A DNA stretch of 63,585 nt from Octopus bimaculoides (lineage: Eukaryota): assembly GCF_001194135.2 (NCBI RefSeq), contig NC_068983.1, forward strand, positions 124,560,668 to 124,624,252. The letters are read 5' to 3'. This document shows positions 12,511 through 25,240 of this stretch, one piece after another. The notes beneath the pieces were generated by a model that searched no databases, had not been told where the DNA came from, and saw only the letters and a list, made by a program, of their open reading frames with translations. The position numbers were made by a program, and so were the translations under genes. Numbering within the stretch: position 1 is the stretch's first letter; each line of letters begins with the position of its first letter.

Positions 12511-12668
12511 GTTATTTAGATGAGACTGACAGCTTTTTTCTAGAAGCTGGTGCAAACGCATACATGTCTCGCTTTTGGCTAGTTGAAACTTCTCTAGATA
12601 CCAATGCTAATTTTGAGAACATTGAAAATGAAACTAAAACTACAAAACATGCTATCCACCTTCCAAAG
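12511..12668 (+). CDS. Candidate internal coding exon of an unidentified host gene
   Basis: Acceptor ...tttgtctttcattttgtaagactatag|, open frame (G)YLDETDSFFLEAGANAYMSRFWLVETSLDTNANFENIENETKTTKHAIHLPK, weak donor AAG|gtttta; lies in non-repetitive DNA. No homology recognised. Confidence 0.3.
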
Positions 12669-13865
12669 GTTTTACAAACTTATTTTCTTATAACTTTTTA
12701 AGATAATTAATCGCCAATACTTTTAATTTGTTTATATTTGGAATGGGGAAAGAACTGAAAGACACTTCAGATACACACAGATATTTTTATAATAAAGGCT
12801 TTATCTGGGAAAAATTGCAAATCCACTAATAGCATTTTATGTAAAACACTATCATGTATTTCAACAAACATTTAAAATAATATGACCTTTTTCGGAGGAG
12901 AAATAATGAAGGAACAATAACTTGACCGAATACTAATTATATAACAGGTTTATTGAAAATTTCAGCATAACGTCCATTTGTTTTTTTCTTAATGATTCAT
13001 AGTTATTTTCCCTTCTCTGCTTGCCTTTTGACTTTAAAAAATTAACCTCACCTTTTAATTAGCAATACACGAACTAGAGACAAGGGATCAAATACAGTAA
13101 TTACTCTTTGTTGAATTGCATAATTTATGTTTTACTAAAAGAAACAACTATTTAACGTATTTCCATTTAATACTAAGATACCGTGCAACGCTTTGTGCTG
13201 AATGTGCATAAGAAAATTAATGGAAAGGTAGCAGACTATTTATATATCATAGAATAAGATATGTGATAATGCTTCTACTTAATTGATGGCTCAGAATGCG
13301 TTAATTTGATTTATAACTTACACTATTATATAGGAATAAGAAATAATTTCTTTTAAACTTTAACAATAAACTACTTCAGCTGTCCTTAGATAATAATTTT
13401 ATTTGAACATCAATAATAAATTGAATTTTAACAAGAACAGAGATATGTTAACATCCACATTCCATAATGACGACATTTTCAGACATTGTTGAGTATATTC
13501 CTGATATAACACGACAATAGCCATATGAAAGTGTTTCGTTCTTTGGTGAATATGTATTGATGAGATTTGGGAGGTTCTTATTACAGTTAAATGTTAAGAA
13601 CATAGAAGACAAGTGTGTGAGTAGCTCTAATAGAGTTATAATAGGATTAGCGGCGCTTAAAATTTTAAATTTATGTGTATAGCAGATGATACGCCTACTT
13701 TGAGTATCAAACTTTCTTACATCAAATTATGTAGAAATTTCTTTTAAAAAGCTATTTTATTTAAAATAGTGTCACATTTTACAACTGCAATAGAGCTAAT
13801 GTTGCTGACTTAGAGGAAGGGGTACTGAGAGCGGATACTTCATGTTATTTTCACAGCACAGACAA

Positions 13866-13923
13866 TGCTGAACGAGTGAGAGAGAGGGAGAGAGAGAGAG
13901 AGAGAGACAGAGACAGAGAGAGA
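13866..13923. repeat. (GA)n/(GACA)n microsatellite followed by a SINE C central-domain fragment (13935-14010, minus)
   Basis: Visible repeat; GTGCTTATTTTATCGACCTAGGAAGGATGAAAGGCAAAGTTGAC matches family C. Confidence 0.75.
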
Positions 13924-14589
13924 AGTCAAGGCAATACTTGACAGGTGCTTATTTTATCGACCTAGGAAGGATGAAAGGCAAAGTTGACTTCGTCACGATT
14001 TGAACCAAGAAGGAAAAGAATTTGTAAATTATTTCATGCTCCACTTTCAATTATTTTTGAGAGTATTTACTCAGACAGGATTAATAGAAGATGCAGGCCA
14101 TTGAACCATACAAAATCAGTGTCGTATTGTGAACACTTCACAATTGTTAAGGATAGATACGATTTATGCAATAAAAGAATTTCTAATACGTCAGTAAATT
14201 TTATAAGATGAAGCATGTTATTTAGTGATTCTTTGAGAAAAGTTATAAGGTAACATTTTGAAAGGTGAAGCATGCCTCCATTGAATCAAACCTCTCTATT
14301 ATTGGTAGATTTTCTAGAGGCGATATGTAGTTCTATTAAATTTATTCTCTATTTGACTGGTGTATTTTGTAGAAGCGAATTATATCACTATTAAATCAAC
14401 AATCTATATTACTAGTATACTTTTCATTATTCACTAATCAAATTTGATCTTAGAACGTAAGTGATTAACATTATTATATGAAGACACTTAAGACAGTTCC
14501 CTCATATTTTATAGCTACTTCTCTCCTTTGTTCTCTAATTACTGAAATATTATATTGGCATAATATTCTAAAGAGAAATATAAAACAAC

Positions 14590-14770
14590 TTGGTCGATTA
14601 TAGTGTATTGCGACTGGTAATTATTATAACAAACCTACTGAATTGTTATTGGTGATCATTACATTAAATTACTTTATTGTTACTGATAATTATTATACAA
14701 AACCTAATGTGTTACTACTGGTGATTATTAAATCAAGCCAAGTGTATTGCTACTGGTTATTATTACATTG
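14590..14770. repeat. Degenerate ~35-bp minisatellite
   Basis: Recurrent CTGGT(A/G/T)ATTATTA...TGT(A/G)TT(G/A)CTA units, about 5 copies. Confidence 0.6.
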
Positions 14771-14984
14771 AAGATCGGGAAAATAATGCCGAAGCCGACT
14801 TCAGACAGATATAAAAATAGCAATCATAAAAACGGTAAAACGTTTAATCCGTCGATTTCCTCTTTCTACATTCTTTCTTACATTAATTTTAAAGAAAGCA
14901 TAAGAAAATGTTTACATTATAATCATCCAAGTACGTTCAAAAAATTGTTTCAGCATTGGCACATGACCAGAAATTTGCGGGTGG

Positions 14985-15205
14985 AGACTGGTCTTAACCG
15001 TTTTTATTTTACCTCATCCGGTAGGGTGAAAGGTAAAGTTGATCTCGGTGGAATTTAGAATTAAATCTTTAAGAGCCAGTATAAATAGCACGCAACAGTT
15101 TTTTTTTAGCAATTCTGCAAATCTACTACCGTTTGTATAGTATAGGCAAAAGGACTGAAATTTCTGATAGGACTGGGTTAATCGATACTATCGACTTCAG
15201 TACAC
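14985..15205 (-). mobile_element. SINE family C fragments
   Basis: GGTAGGGTGAAAGGTAAAGTTGATCTCGGTGGAATTT (central domain) and TATAGGCAAAAGGACTGAAATTT...TAATCGATACTATCGAC (tail type 2). Confidence 0.55.
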
Positions 15206-15576
15206 GACTGTCATCAATAGTTCGCGCTTAAGCTGCTTTTCTTCGAAAAAAAGTCAGAAAGATAGGAGAAAGAAGTGCAGAGTGCAGAGGAAGGCAGGAA
15301 ACTGGACGAACGAAGAAACACAGGCTATACTGTGTCATGCTATGCAGAAAATAGTGGAATTCGAATGCCTGGTAGTGATCTTGAAGGAGTGAGGTTTTAT
15401 AAACACAACAGCAGTGGAGGGAGCACACAGTGGTCCCTCCATTGTGTGTTTGAGTATGTGTATGCGCGCATATATGCCTGTGAAATTTTAGAGTGAATAT
15501 TTATGAACCTGTTATATTATGTGCGTGTGTATGGGTAGAAAGGGCGATGCGTACATTCATTCAATATACACACACA

Positions 15577-15631
<55 letters not shown>

Positions 15632-15740
15632 ACATTATAAGTACTGAGTCACGGAGGGACCACAAAACATTTCCAGGAACAAAGCATAAAAACGTATAGC
15701 GATGATTCGAAACCTAACCGTGACCAAACAACAATAGTTT

Positions 15741-15872
15741 CACGTGATCAATTCAATTTGTGAAGCAGCAAATCAGCGTCGCGTCATTCAGTCTTCTAGA
15801 ATCTTCTTGTACTCTATAAAAGACTGCTTTTGGCGCTTATTAATTGCAGATTGTCAAAAGGCGGCTCAGCGG
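15741..15872 (+). promoter_or_regulatory. Candidate Pol II core promoter (E-box, TATA) with short first exon
   Basis: CACGTG 15741-15746, CGCGTCA 15780-15786, TATAAAAG 15815-15822, possible donor CG|GTATGC at 15872; unique, GC-raised sequence. Inference only. Confidence 0.25.
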
Positions 15873-16599
15873 TATGCGCCTCCTCTCTTGCCAGCAGCTG
15901 ACCCACTGAAAATGACCAAAATACACGATTCAGATAGATGTCCCAGAATCTCCATCACCACGATGAAAACGCAATTGTTTTCAGATATGTTGCGCAAGTT
16001 GCATGTTGCCATTTCAACAGAGTTCTGTAAATTCAGAACCCAGTCTTGGTATTGAACCGTTGTTAACTCTAAAAAGCCAACTCAATTTGTATCTATGCGC
16101 GACAATAAATTCTGTTAAATCTTCATGGGAGTTGTTTATTTACTTCTCCCGCAGCCGAGAAATATAATTTCATTCATTAACTAAACCAGCAACCATTGCA
16201 GATTGACGATACACCATGATATACACTTGACATCTGATGACACAGCCTTACAACAACATCCTAACAAATGAATGCAAACATGCTGTGCCCTCATCAGTTG
16301 TCGACCAAATATCATCACAGTTTTGGCACCTTCTGACAATTTCGTCGAATTTGAAATTGCTGGGGGTATAGACAAGTGGACAACATATAAGGACAGAAAA
16401 GCGTAAGTTGAGAGGATAGTGTCAAAAAAGAAAAAAAGAGGTTTGCAGAATGGACGATATGTTGTAAGGAGAATAGGTAAAGTACAAACGAAACAACAGC
16501 ATATATACATACGCATAGAATGTCTTCAATTTGGCAACAAAATTCAGACAAAGTGCATTTAGTAACGCACAGAGGAATTATAGTGTACTTTCGGCATTG

Positions 16600-16705
16600 G
16601 GAAAAAATATTAAGCAGTAGGACAGTGCAAAAAGGGAAGGGTGGTACAAGAAACACGAAGAGGAAGCTTTCTTGGAGGGAGTAGAGGAAAAAGTTGGAGG
16701 CAGGA

Positions 16706-16740
<35 letters not shown>

Positions 16741-16960
16741 GACAAAGTGAGAGAGGAGGAGAGAAAGAGAGAGTGAAAGGAAGAGAGAGAGATAGAAAGA
16801 GAGTGAAAGGGAGAGGTAGTGAGAGAGAGATGGATAGAGAGAAATAGAAAGTGAGAAAGAACTGTCGCACAGACAATCAGAACAGAGGAGAAAGATAAGC
16901 AGGAAGAGAGGAATAGAGTGATAGAAATACAAATACATGGAGAGGGAGGGAAGAGAAAAC
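16600..16960. repeat. Purine-rich degenerate (GA)n tract
   Basis: Low-complexity AG sequence; explains the 243-aa Leu/Ser ORF at 16315..17046. Confidence 0.85.
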
Positions 16961-18493
16961 AACGGAAAAATGATGCGGTGGTAGCTACGTAGAAAAAATG
17001 ATGTTTTATGTGTGTTTGTTGGATTTACTATATACCGCGCGCTCACACGGACCCCGGGCTTCTACCATCAGATTACATTACCTTGTTCATTCGGAATACG
17101 CCATTTCTGCACCTTGCTTGTGAATCATTATAAGTTGTCCGTGACTCTTCCTCTTTAACTCGTCTTCCCTTAACCTATCTTCTGTTCTACTTCCACTCTC
17201 TGTCCCGTTTCTCTTACTCCTTTTATCGCCACCAACAACACCCACACCGACAGTCACACCCTCTCACCATGCCTGATCTCCATTCCTTCCTCCAGCACCT
17301 TCACTTCCTTCTATCCCATTTTCTTTCCAACTTCCCCCACCCAATGCCTGCAACCCGCTAAAAACTCTTTCACTTGCTTCTTAAAAAAACTCGACATTCT
17401 AACCATCTCTCTTTCCTTTGTTGTTGCGTCCGTCATCACGTCACACCCGTGGCTTCCGCTTGAAGTTCCACGCTACCCCTATTCATCTCCCTCCATCGAT
17501 CCCACCTTTCCGCCTTCTCATCCGTGCCACCATCCGTTCCACCCGTTCCCCCCTTCACTCCCTTGACCATCAACTCCCCCAAGCTTACCTCCTCCTTTCC
17601 TCCCTCTGCCTTCCATCCTTCCCCCAACACATTCTCCGCTTCTTGATCTTAACCACCAACTCCACAATTTCCTCACACAAAAAACAAAAATTTCCATCGC
17701 CTCCTCAACCCTTCACCACCTCCCCCTCACGCCCCACATCCCCGATACCCGCCCCATCAGCTCCCCCCTCCCACTCCTGCAACCACCACGCCTCTCCCCN
17801 NNNNNNNNNNNNNNNNNNNNNNNNNNNNNNNNNNNNNNNNNNNNNNNNNNNNNNNNNNNNNNNNNNNNNNNNNNNNNNNNNNNNNNNNNNNNNNNNNNNN
17901 NNNNNNNNNNNNNNNNNNNNNNNNNNNNNNNNNNNNNNNNNNNNNNNNNNNNNNNNNNNNNNNNNNNNNNNNNNNNNNNNNNNNNNNNNNNNNNNNNNNN
18001 NNNNNNNNNNNNNNNNNNNNNNNNNNNNNNNNNNNNNNNNNNNNNNNNNNNNNNNNNNNNNNNNNNNNNNNNNNNNNNNNNNNNNNNNNNNNNNNNNNNN
18101 NNNNNNNNNNNNNNNNNNNNNNNNNNNNNNNNNNNNNNNNNNNNNNNNNNNNNNNNNNNNNNNNNNNNNNNNNNNNNNNNNNNNNNNNNNNNNNNNNNNN
18201 NNNNNNNNNNNNNNNNNNNNNNNNNNNNNNNNNNNNNNNNNNNNNNNNNNNNNNNNNNNNNNNNNNNNNNNNNNNNNNNNNNNNNNNNNNNNNNNNNNNN
18301 NNNNNNNNNNNNNNNNNNNNNNNNNNNNNNNNNNNNNNNNNNNNNNNNNNNNNNNNNNNNNNNNNNNNNNNNNNNNNNNNNNNNNNNNNNNNNNNNNNNN
18401 NNNNNNNNNNNNNNNNNNNNNNNNNNNNNNNNNNNNNNNNNNNNNNNNNNNNNNNNNNNNNNNNNNNNNNNNNNNNNNNNNNNNCCTCATCAA

Positions 18494-19654
18494 TTGTCTG
18501 GAGTCGTGATGGGAACGAAAGTGGGCCCCAATTTCGCCAAGCTATTTGTTGGTCACATTCAGGCGCAAGTATTCTCCCAATTCTCCGGGCCGACCCCAGA
18601 GCTATACGGTCGCTACATAGACGACTGTATAGGCACCACTTCGCTCTCCCGCGGACAACTCTTCATCTCTTTCCTCTCTAACTTATGCCCCTCTCTCCAA
18701 TTTACTTCTGCCATCTCTAACACCTCGGTTAACATCCTAGATATCTCTCTTACTATTGACCTCCCTTCTCACTCTCTCACCACCTCTGCCTTCTTCAAAC
18801 ACACAAATTCCCACCTGTACCTCAACTTCTCCTCCTCCTATCCCTCCCACACCAAACGGGCCATCCTCTACTCCCAGTTCCTCCGCCTCCGACGCTTGTG
18901 TAGCCGGGACCAGGATTTCGAGACCCAGTCCCAGTACCTTGTCCACCTGTTCATGCATCGAGGATACCCCTCAACCCTTGTCCAAACCGCCCTTGCCCAC
19001 GCTCGTCGAATCGATCGCACAACCACCCTCTCTCTTCCCAACACCAATCCCTTAATCGCACCCTTTCTCTTCCTTACCACGCCTCCACCCTAACCCTTCG
19101 TCGGAGGATTCTACGGGCTTCCCTTCGTCTCCAGCTAGATACCACCACCACATTTTCCCTAATCCACCCTTGTCCTCCTTTAAACGCGTCCGAAATCTAC
19201 ACGATCTACTGGTCCGTAGCACCTTATCCTCTTCCCCCATTTCCACCCGGATTCTTCCCTTGTCCTAGATCCCACCTGCCCTTTCATCACCGACACCACC
19301 TCCCTCATTGGTTCCAACCAGCACACTCTCCACATTAGAAACTCTTTCTCCTGCATCACTTCAAGCCCTATCTATTGCATTAGATGTAATCTTTGTAATA
19401 AACTCTACGTAGGTCAGACTGGCCGCCGGCTAGCCGACCGGTTCACCGAACATCTAAGAGATGTAAGGCTACGCACGAACACCCCCGTCACCCATTATTT
19501 CCGCTTTGCCAACCACTCCCCCACTAATATCTCTGTCTTTGGCCTCACCCTGCATCACGGATTCACATACTCGCGGCTCCGCCTGGAACATCGTTACATT
19601 TTCAGTCTACAAACACAAATTCCTTTCGGACTCAACACAGCCCTCTCCTCTTAA
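18494..19654 (+). pseudogene. Disrupted PLE reverse transcriptase / GIY-YIG endonuclease reading frame
   Basis: Motifs as above; frameshifts near 19050-19300 break the frame. Confidence 0.88.
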
Positions 19655-20029
19655 CGACTGTCTCTATAAACCCCTTAAAAAGAGCAACTTTTTATTTTAT
19701 TTTATTTATTTTATGTTATTTTAGTTCATCTTATTTTATGCTCCCTAATAACCACTTACTTTATTACAATTACCCCATCTCGATTTTTTATCATTTTCTT
19801 ATTACTTTCTTTCTGTCGTATTGTTTAACTTTATATTGCGTTATTTTTTATAATTGTATTAATTTCTTCTTTTTTTATGTTTGTATTAATTTCTATTTTA
19901 TCCCTTTAATTATTGTTATTTAATTTCTTATTTTTTATCTTGCATCTGCTAATTTTTGTAATTTTTTTTATTTCTTGTACCCTTCCCCCATTTTATCAAT
20001 CTTATTTTATTATAATTTTATTTCTATAT

Positions 20030-20855
20030 ACACGCAAACATACACACACGCACATATGCACACACACGAAAAAATACACGCTCCCACGCACACACATGAA
20101 CGGACATATACCTCCCAAACACACCACACATACACACAATGCACATGCACATACATACACACATATACATCCACACACACACACGCACACACGTTCACAC
20201 ACGCGCGCACACACACGTACACAGGAACATACATATACCTCCACATAACAACTCCCACACACTCACATACATGCACGCACTCACATACATACACACACGC
20301 ACACACATATGCACACGCACACACATACACACACACACGTACATCCATATGAACTCACACATAGCTCCCACACACACAACACACACTCATACATACACGC
20401 ATACAATTACACATACATGGGCATATACACACACGCACATACACGCACACACACACGCACGCCCCCACACACAGAGGAACGCACACATACTCCATATACT
20501 CAACACACACAACCTCACGCACACACACATACACACACGCACCTGCACACATACACACACACGCCCCACATAAACGCATGCACACACTACATACAAAACA
20601 TACACACAACATATACATACACGCACACACATACACACACACGCACACACATACTTCAAACTGTCAGTCAAGCACCCTTCTACTGACCATTCCTCTCCGC
20701 ACATGTGAATAGACACACAACTACACAAAAGACTGCCACTCCTGCTACTCAATTCTTCCTACAACATTAAGCGACACAAAGTTTACTCACACAACACATA
20801 TAAACAGCTAAAACCACACACACACACACCACACACACACGCATATACGCACACA
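20030..20855. repeat. Long degenerate (CA)n/(CACATA)n tract
   Basis: Visible; source of the many His/Thr and Val/Cys ORFs. Confidence 0.95.
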
Positions 20856-21061
20856 TGTGCTATTACACCCTCACACACAGAGGCTTGGACATACCAGCCA
20901 CACATACACACCTTCTTCTCTTACACTCTCCAGTCTTAGAAAGAATTTTTCTTCACCCATTTCCTTTCCGGTCATTTCAAAATGTAACCACGTGTGAACC
21001 GTGGCGATTTTCTTCCTCCGTCTTCCCTTCTATTAGTCTTTCCTCTGTTTCCTATATATAT

Positions 21062-21163
21062 AGGCGCAGGAGTGGCCTTGTGGTAAGTATCTTTTACTAT
21101 AGACTTGGGTCGACCAAAGCCTTGTGAGTGGATTTGGTAGGCAGAAACTGAAAGACGCCCGTC
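21062..21163 (+). mobile_element. SINE family B 5' half (internally deleted) ending in (TA)n
   Basis: AGGCGCAGGAGTGGCCTTGTGGTAAG...GACCAAAGCCTTGTGAGTGGATTTGGTAGGCAGAAACTGAAAGACGCCCGTC matches 2089-2243. Confidence 0.85.
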
Positions 21164-21189
<26 letters not shown>

Positions 21190-21194
<5 letters not shown>

Positions 21195-22178
21195 GTTTGG
21201 ACAAAATAATGGAAACACCTACCATCATAGCATCATAATTTTGAAATATCTATAAAACTGTCGAAAGCTTTATATTTATATTTTTGATTTATTACTAGTG
21301 TTGCTTAATGTTTTGTTAAAATTGCTGTTTCTTTTCAGATATCATCAGAAAAAGGTAATTAAAATATATTAAAATTACAGATCTATCGGACTTTCAGAGA
21401 GGTCAAATTGTTGGTGCTCGTATGGCTGACGCTAGCGTAATTTAAACACCCGAAATAGTTGGTGTATCAGGAAGTACTGTCTCCAAAGTAATGACAGCCT
21501 TTTTTAAACAGGGCAAAATCCTCCTCGTCGAAACAAAACTCTGGAAGAAAGCCAAAACCTTCAGATAAGGACCGTCGGACTCTTACGCAATTTGTTAGAA
21601 AGGATCACAAAAGTACAGCTCTCAAAATTACAAAATTACTGCAGAGCTTAATGACCACCGCCAGAACCCAGTTTCCACAAAAGTTGTTCGCCGGGAGCGG
21701 CACAGAGACGGATTTCACGGGAGGGCTCCAATCAGAAAACCACTACTTTCAAAAACAAACGTTGCAAAGCGTTTAGAATGGAGTAAAAACCTACAGAATT
21801 GGCTCCTAGAGCAGTAGAAGACTGTTATTTTCGCGGACGAGTCAACCTTTACCTTATTTCCGACCACCGGCCGAGTATACGTGTGGAGACTGCCAAAAGA
21901 AGCATTTGACCCAGATTGCCTTCTTTCAAATGTTAAAGATGGAGGAGTATCTGTGATGATCTGGGTCGGGGCTATATATTGGAAATCCGCTGGTCCAATG
22001 TTTTCTCTTCGTAGCAGAATTAATAGTCAAGACTATTTAAGCATTTTATCTGATCAAATTCATCCTATGGTTACGGAACTGTTTCCGGAGGGAAGCGCAA
22101 TCTTTCAGGGTGATAATGCCCCAATTCTCGCAGTAAAGTTGTTACTGAATGGCACTAGGAACATTCTGGGGAAGTTGA
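21190..22178 (+). mobile_element. Tc1-like transposon copy 1 (left TIR, 3'-truncated transposase pseudogene)
   Basis: TIR-like TTTGGACAAAATAATGGAAACACCT; DLSDFQRGQIVGAR, GRAPIRKPLL, IFADESTF, VWRLPKEAF, FQGDNAP; homology stops near 22178; no right TIR. Confidence 0.92.
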
Positions 22179-24179
22179 GATAACTTAGAAGTGACATCTG
22201 TGTCTCTGTCTTACGAAAATATCTGTGTAACTTACTTAAATCCAAAAGAAGTTAACAAAATCTGCTTGACATGATTATTCAGGAAAGAAATCTACAAAAT
22301 TGAATATTTTGTATAATTATATAGTCCCAAAAGTGAAAAAAACTTTCTGATAATTTGATCATCTAATTTGTAGTTCCATTGCCTAGTAGCCGAGACCCCT
22401 TTCTGCAGAAATTTCTTGTATCCAACGAAGAAGTATTAGTGCCTTAGTATTAGTGCTTTTACTGTCATTACTGCATATAACTAATTTTTGAAAACATATC
22501 TTTTAAATATTCTGGAATTAAATGATGTTCAATTTTGCGGCGTTATTGTTACTATTTGTAAGTGCATTAATTAAATAATTTAATAGCGTAAAAATAATAT
22601 TTTTGAATCCAGATATAGATGTAATTAACAACAGGAAATAATTAGTGTTTAATAATAGATTGGACAGAATCGTATTTGATGCCATTTAACATTTATGTCT
22701 GATAATACAGTATCAAAATATAGTAAACGAAATATTCTTTGTTACTGTGTTTAGTTTTAGATCCATATTTGCTTTTGTATGCTCATGCTTACAAGCCTGC
22801 TCCTGTCTGGCTTAATGCATGTTTATTTTTTTTATGCACACACAAGCTTATTCGCTGGTGTTTACTCCATGTTAACATATATTTTCATGTAGAAGTATGT
22901 TTGTGGGCGGCTTATACTCGTAACATTGTTGTATATCTTCCAGTGCTATTAAAATATGAACAAATAAATCATGAAGCATCTACCTTAAGTAATGATTTAC
23001 TTCATTAAATTGAATGCCCTTCCTGCAGTAGCATCAGAGTGTGGAATCATAAGTAGAAAAGTGATGAGAAGAAATGGTTTAAGGAGTTATTTAGAGATGC
23101 TCTAATAATTTTTGTTTGCAATTAAAGCCATAAAATTAATAAAATCATATCATACTTTGCATCACAATAATTCATACTTAATGGCTACATATTTACATTA
23201 AATATTACCTTCCGTCTTTATCTACGTAGATACATTTGTGACACGGGTCAAATTTCTTTTATTCTTCTGAGGTTGATGCCATAAATATTAGTCAATAGCG
23301 GAGACAGTTTAACCAGTATATGCCCCAATGCTTCACATTTGATAAATCTAATAAAATCTAATAAAAGAAATCAAAGTTATTATCGTAGTCTCAAATTTCT
23401 TATTAAATGCTGGAAAGAAGTAAAATTATCGAACTAGTGTACCAAGGATTCATACAGAGAATAGTCTTTCTCAAAAGTGTCAATTTTTATTGTCATGAAG
23501 AATTTAAGTGATATTACGGTTCGTGATTCGTGAGTATAGCAATGCTACATATGAAGGTATGCGAAGAATGCGAAGTTACTATAATTTCCCGCCAAGCAGG
23601 ATCCCTAACTTCTTATATCAACTCTAAAATTATTTTTAAAAACGGAAAGAGTAGAAAACCGAAAATGTACCGCAAGTTGATCAGGCATAAGGGTTCGAAC
23701 TCAGACAGGTTAGGAAGAATTGTTATCTTTGCCTCTCTACAGATAATAACTCGTAACATAGTAGTATTAAGAACCTATTTATGTAGTTGATAAATACTTG
23801 ATTGTATTTTAATATTGGTTTTCTTTTAATTTAAGATTTAACTAAGCATATAGAGTTTGAATTATCAGAGACAGCTGTGAATCGGTTGGGGAAATGAAAT
23901 ATTGACCAAGTGATTTTAACTTATTTAAATTCCAAGGAAATTGACTAGAACGACAACATGGGAAAGAGTATCTGACATTTCTGTGAATTTTTCATTGTCT
24001 AGTTTTTAAAATTTTGTGTCTACAATTTTCATTTTTGTTTGTTTCAATTCTTCATAAAATATGAGCTAATAATGATTACTTATCATTTACGAGAAGCTGT
24101 CACAACTCTCAGCAGACATCTTCAGCAATGCACAATGTCTTCTTTTTTCCTATAATTTTACTTGATGAGTTAGTAATAA

Positions 24180-25240
24180 TCAAGAGGCTACGGTTTATCT
24201 AGACGTTCTGATGTATGGAGATGTAGTTCGCATCATGTTGTCACCATTGAGCTATATTAAATTTCTACCATCCTCAGTTTACTTGGCTAATATGGATAAT
24301 AGATACTTTTTACTTCACTCTGTTACTGCTGTGGAATCTCATTGAAGTAAAAAAAAAGGCATAATTTCGAATTTCATTATTTCAGTATCGAGACCTGTTA
24401 ACGATAAGATTTTACACGTTAACTTAGTCAAATAGTAACACTATAAATATTAGATATTATGTTAATGTCTGTATACCTGTGTGCTTGTACATTACCGTTC
24501 AATGTTGGGTTCATTCAGCCAACGTTTCCAAGTATCCCGGTGAATAATTTCCAAGAATTACAGTAATGTCCAGTCAGTGCTGTGTATCCAGTTTCCTCTC
24601 TTTTACCTTCACACTTCCTACTCTACTCATTATTCTTACCGAGAAGAATAAGGATTCATAATTAAACCTAGGGCTGTATCAATTTTATCACATTTAATAC
24701 CTAAATGGTAGAGGTCATTAACATGTGAACTGGTGAACGAAAAGTTACAATCCATATAAAGATTTGAACCATGAACAGTATTAATGTTGGAGTTCATGGC
24801 GAAAGCACATGCTTAACATAGCTTGGACCACACCACAATAACTCTCCCTTCCTTTCAAGTCAAGATAGATTTTAGTACCCGTCAATTATTGACATTTTAC
24901 AATGTCAGATATGATTCACAAAAGAGTATCGATCGCATAACTGAGATGATGTTGCTTCTGTATATACACCCTTGACCGCACCAGTAAGAAGGGCCACCTG
25001 AATAATTGCCATAAAGTCACTGATAGATACGCCTTTTCTCTCCGTCTTGCCAACAGATACCATAATAACATCTGCTCTTCATTGTTAGGTGGACTCATGT
25101 GTACTCTACTCAGGCATCTCTGAATCTCTTATCTTTCTTCTTCTTGTCATCACTGCTGTGTCCAACCTGCCAAGTTCCACACTTATCATTACACCCATGC
25201 CTTCCTCCTCAGAACGTTGCATTCCACTGGAATAGCTCTT
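24180..25240 (-). mobile_element. Very degenerate LINE (APE-type) remnants
   Basis: Weak minus-strand matches: SPPNNEEQ (cf. EN YAP motif) and KTE...LNGD (cf. RT thumb). Many stops. Confidence 0.3.

Larger units (their letters stand above)
17050..21052 (+). mobile_element. Penelope-like element (RT + GIY-YIG) with long 3' region, interrupted by a 685-N gap
   Basis: ATG at 17269 with N-terminal RGFRLKFH; RT GVVMGTKVGPNFAKLF and YGRYIDD (18494-18630); thumb KRAILYSQFLRLRRLCS; GIY-YIG CITSSPIYCIRCNLCNKLYVGQTGRRLADRFTEH...FGLNT, stop 19652-19654; then T-rich and degenerate (CA)n tracts and a pyrimidine segment (20983-21052) matching the upstream flank of the hammerhead units at 39.5-39.9 kb. Confidence 0.9.

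Noticed and set aside
14590-14770. Regularly spaced repeats as a possible CRISPR-like array (also the SINE C arrays)
   Set aside because: Degenerate minisatellite or SINE copies without unique equal-length spacers; eukaryotic context, no cas genes.
16315-17046. 243-aa minus-strand ORF
   Set aside because: Leu/Ser low complexity derived from a (GA)n-rich tract; no domain.
19913-20752. Cluster of His/Thr and Val/Cys ORFs
   Set aside because: Translations of the degenerate (CA)n tract.
21330-21362. Acceptor-16 nt-donor (TTTTCAG|ATATCATCAGAAAAAG|GTAATT)
   Set aside because: Lies within the Tc1 5' region and recurs in copy 3; not evidence of a host exon.
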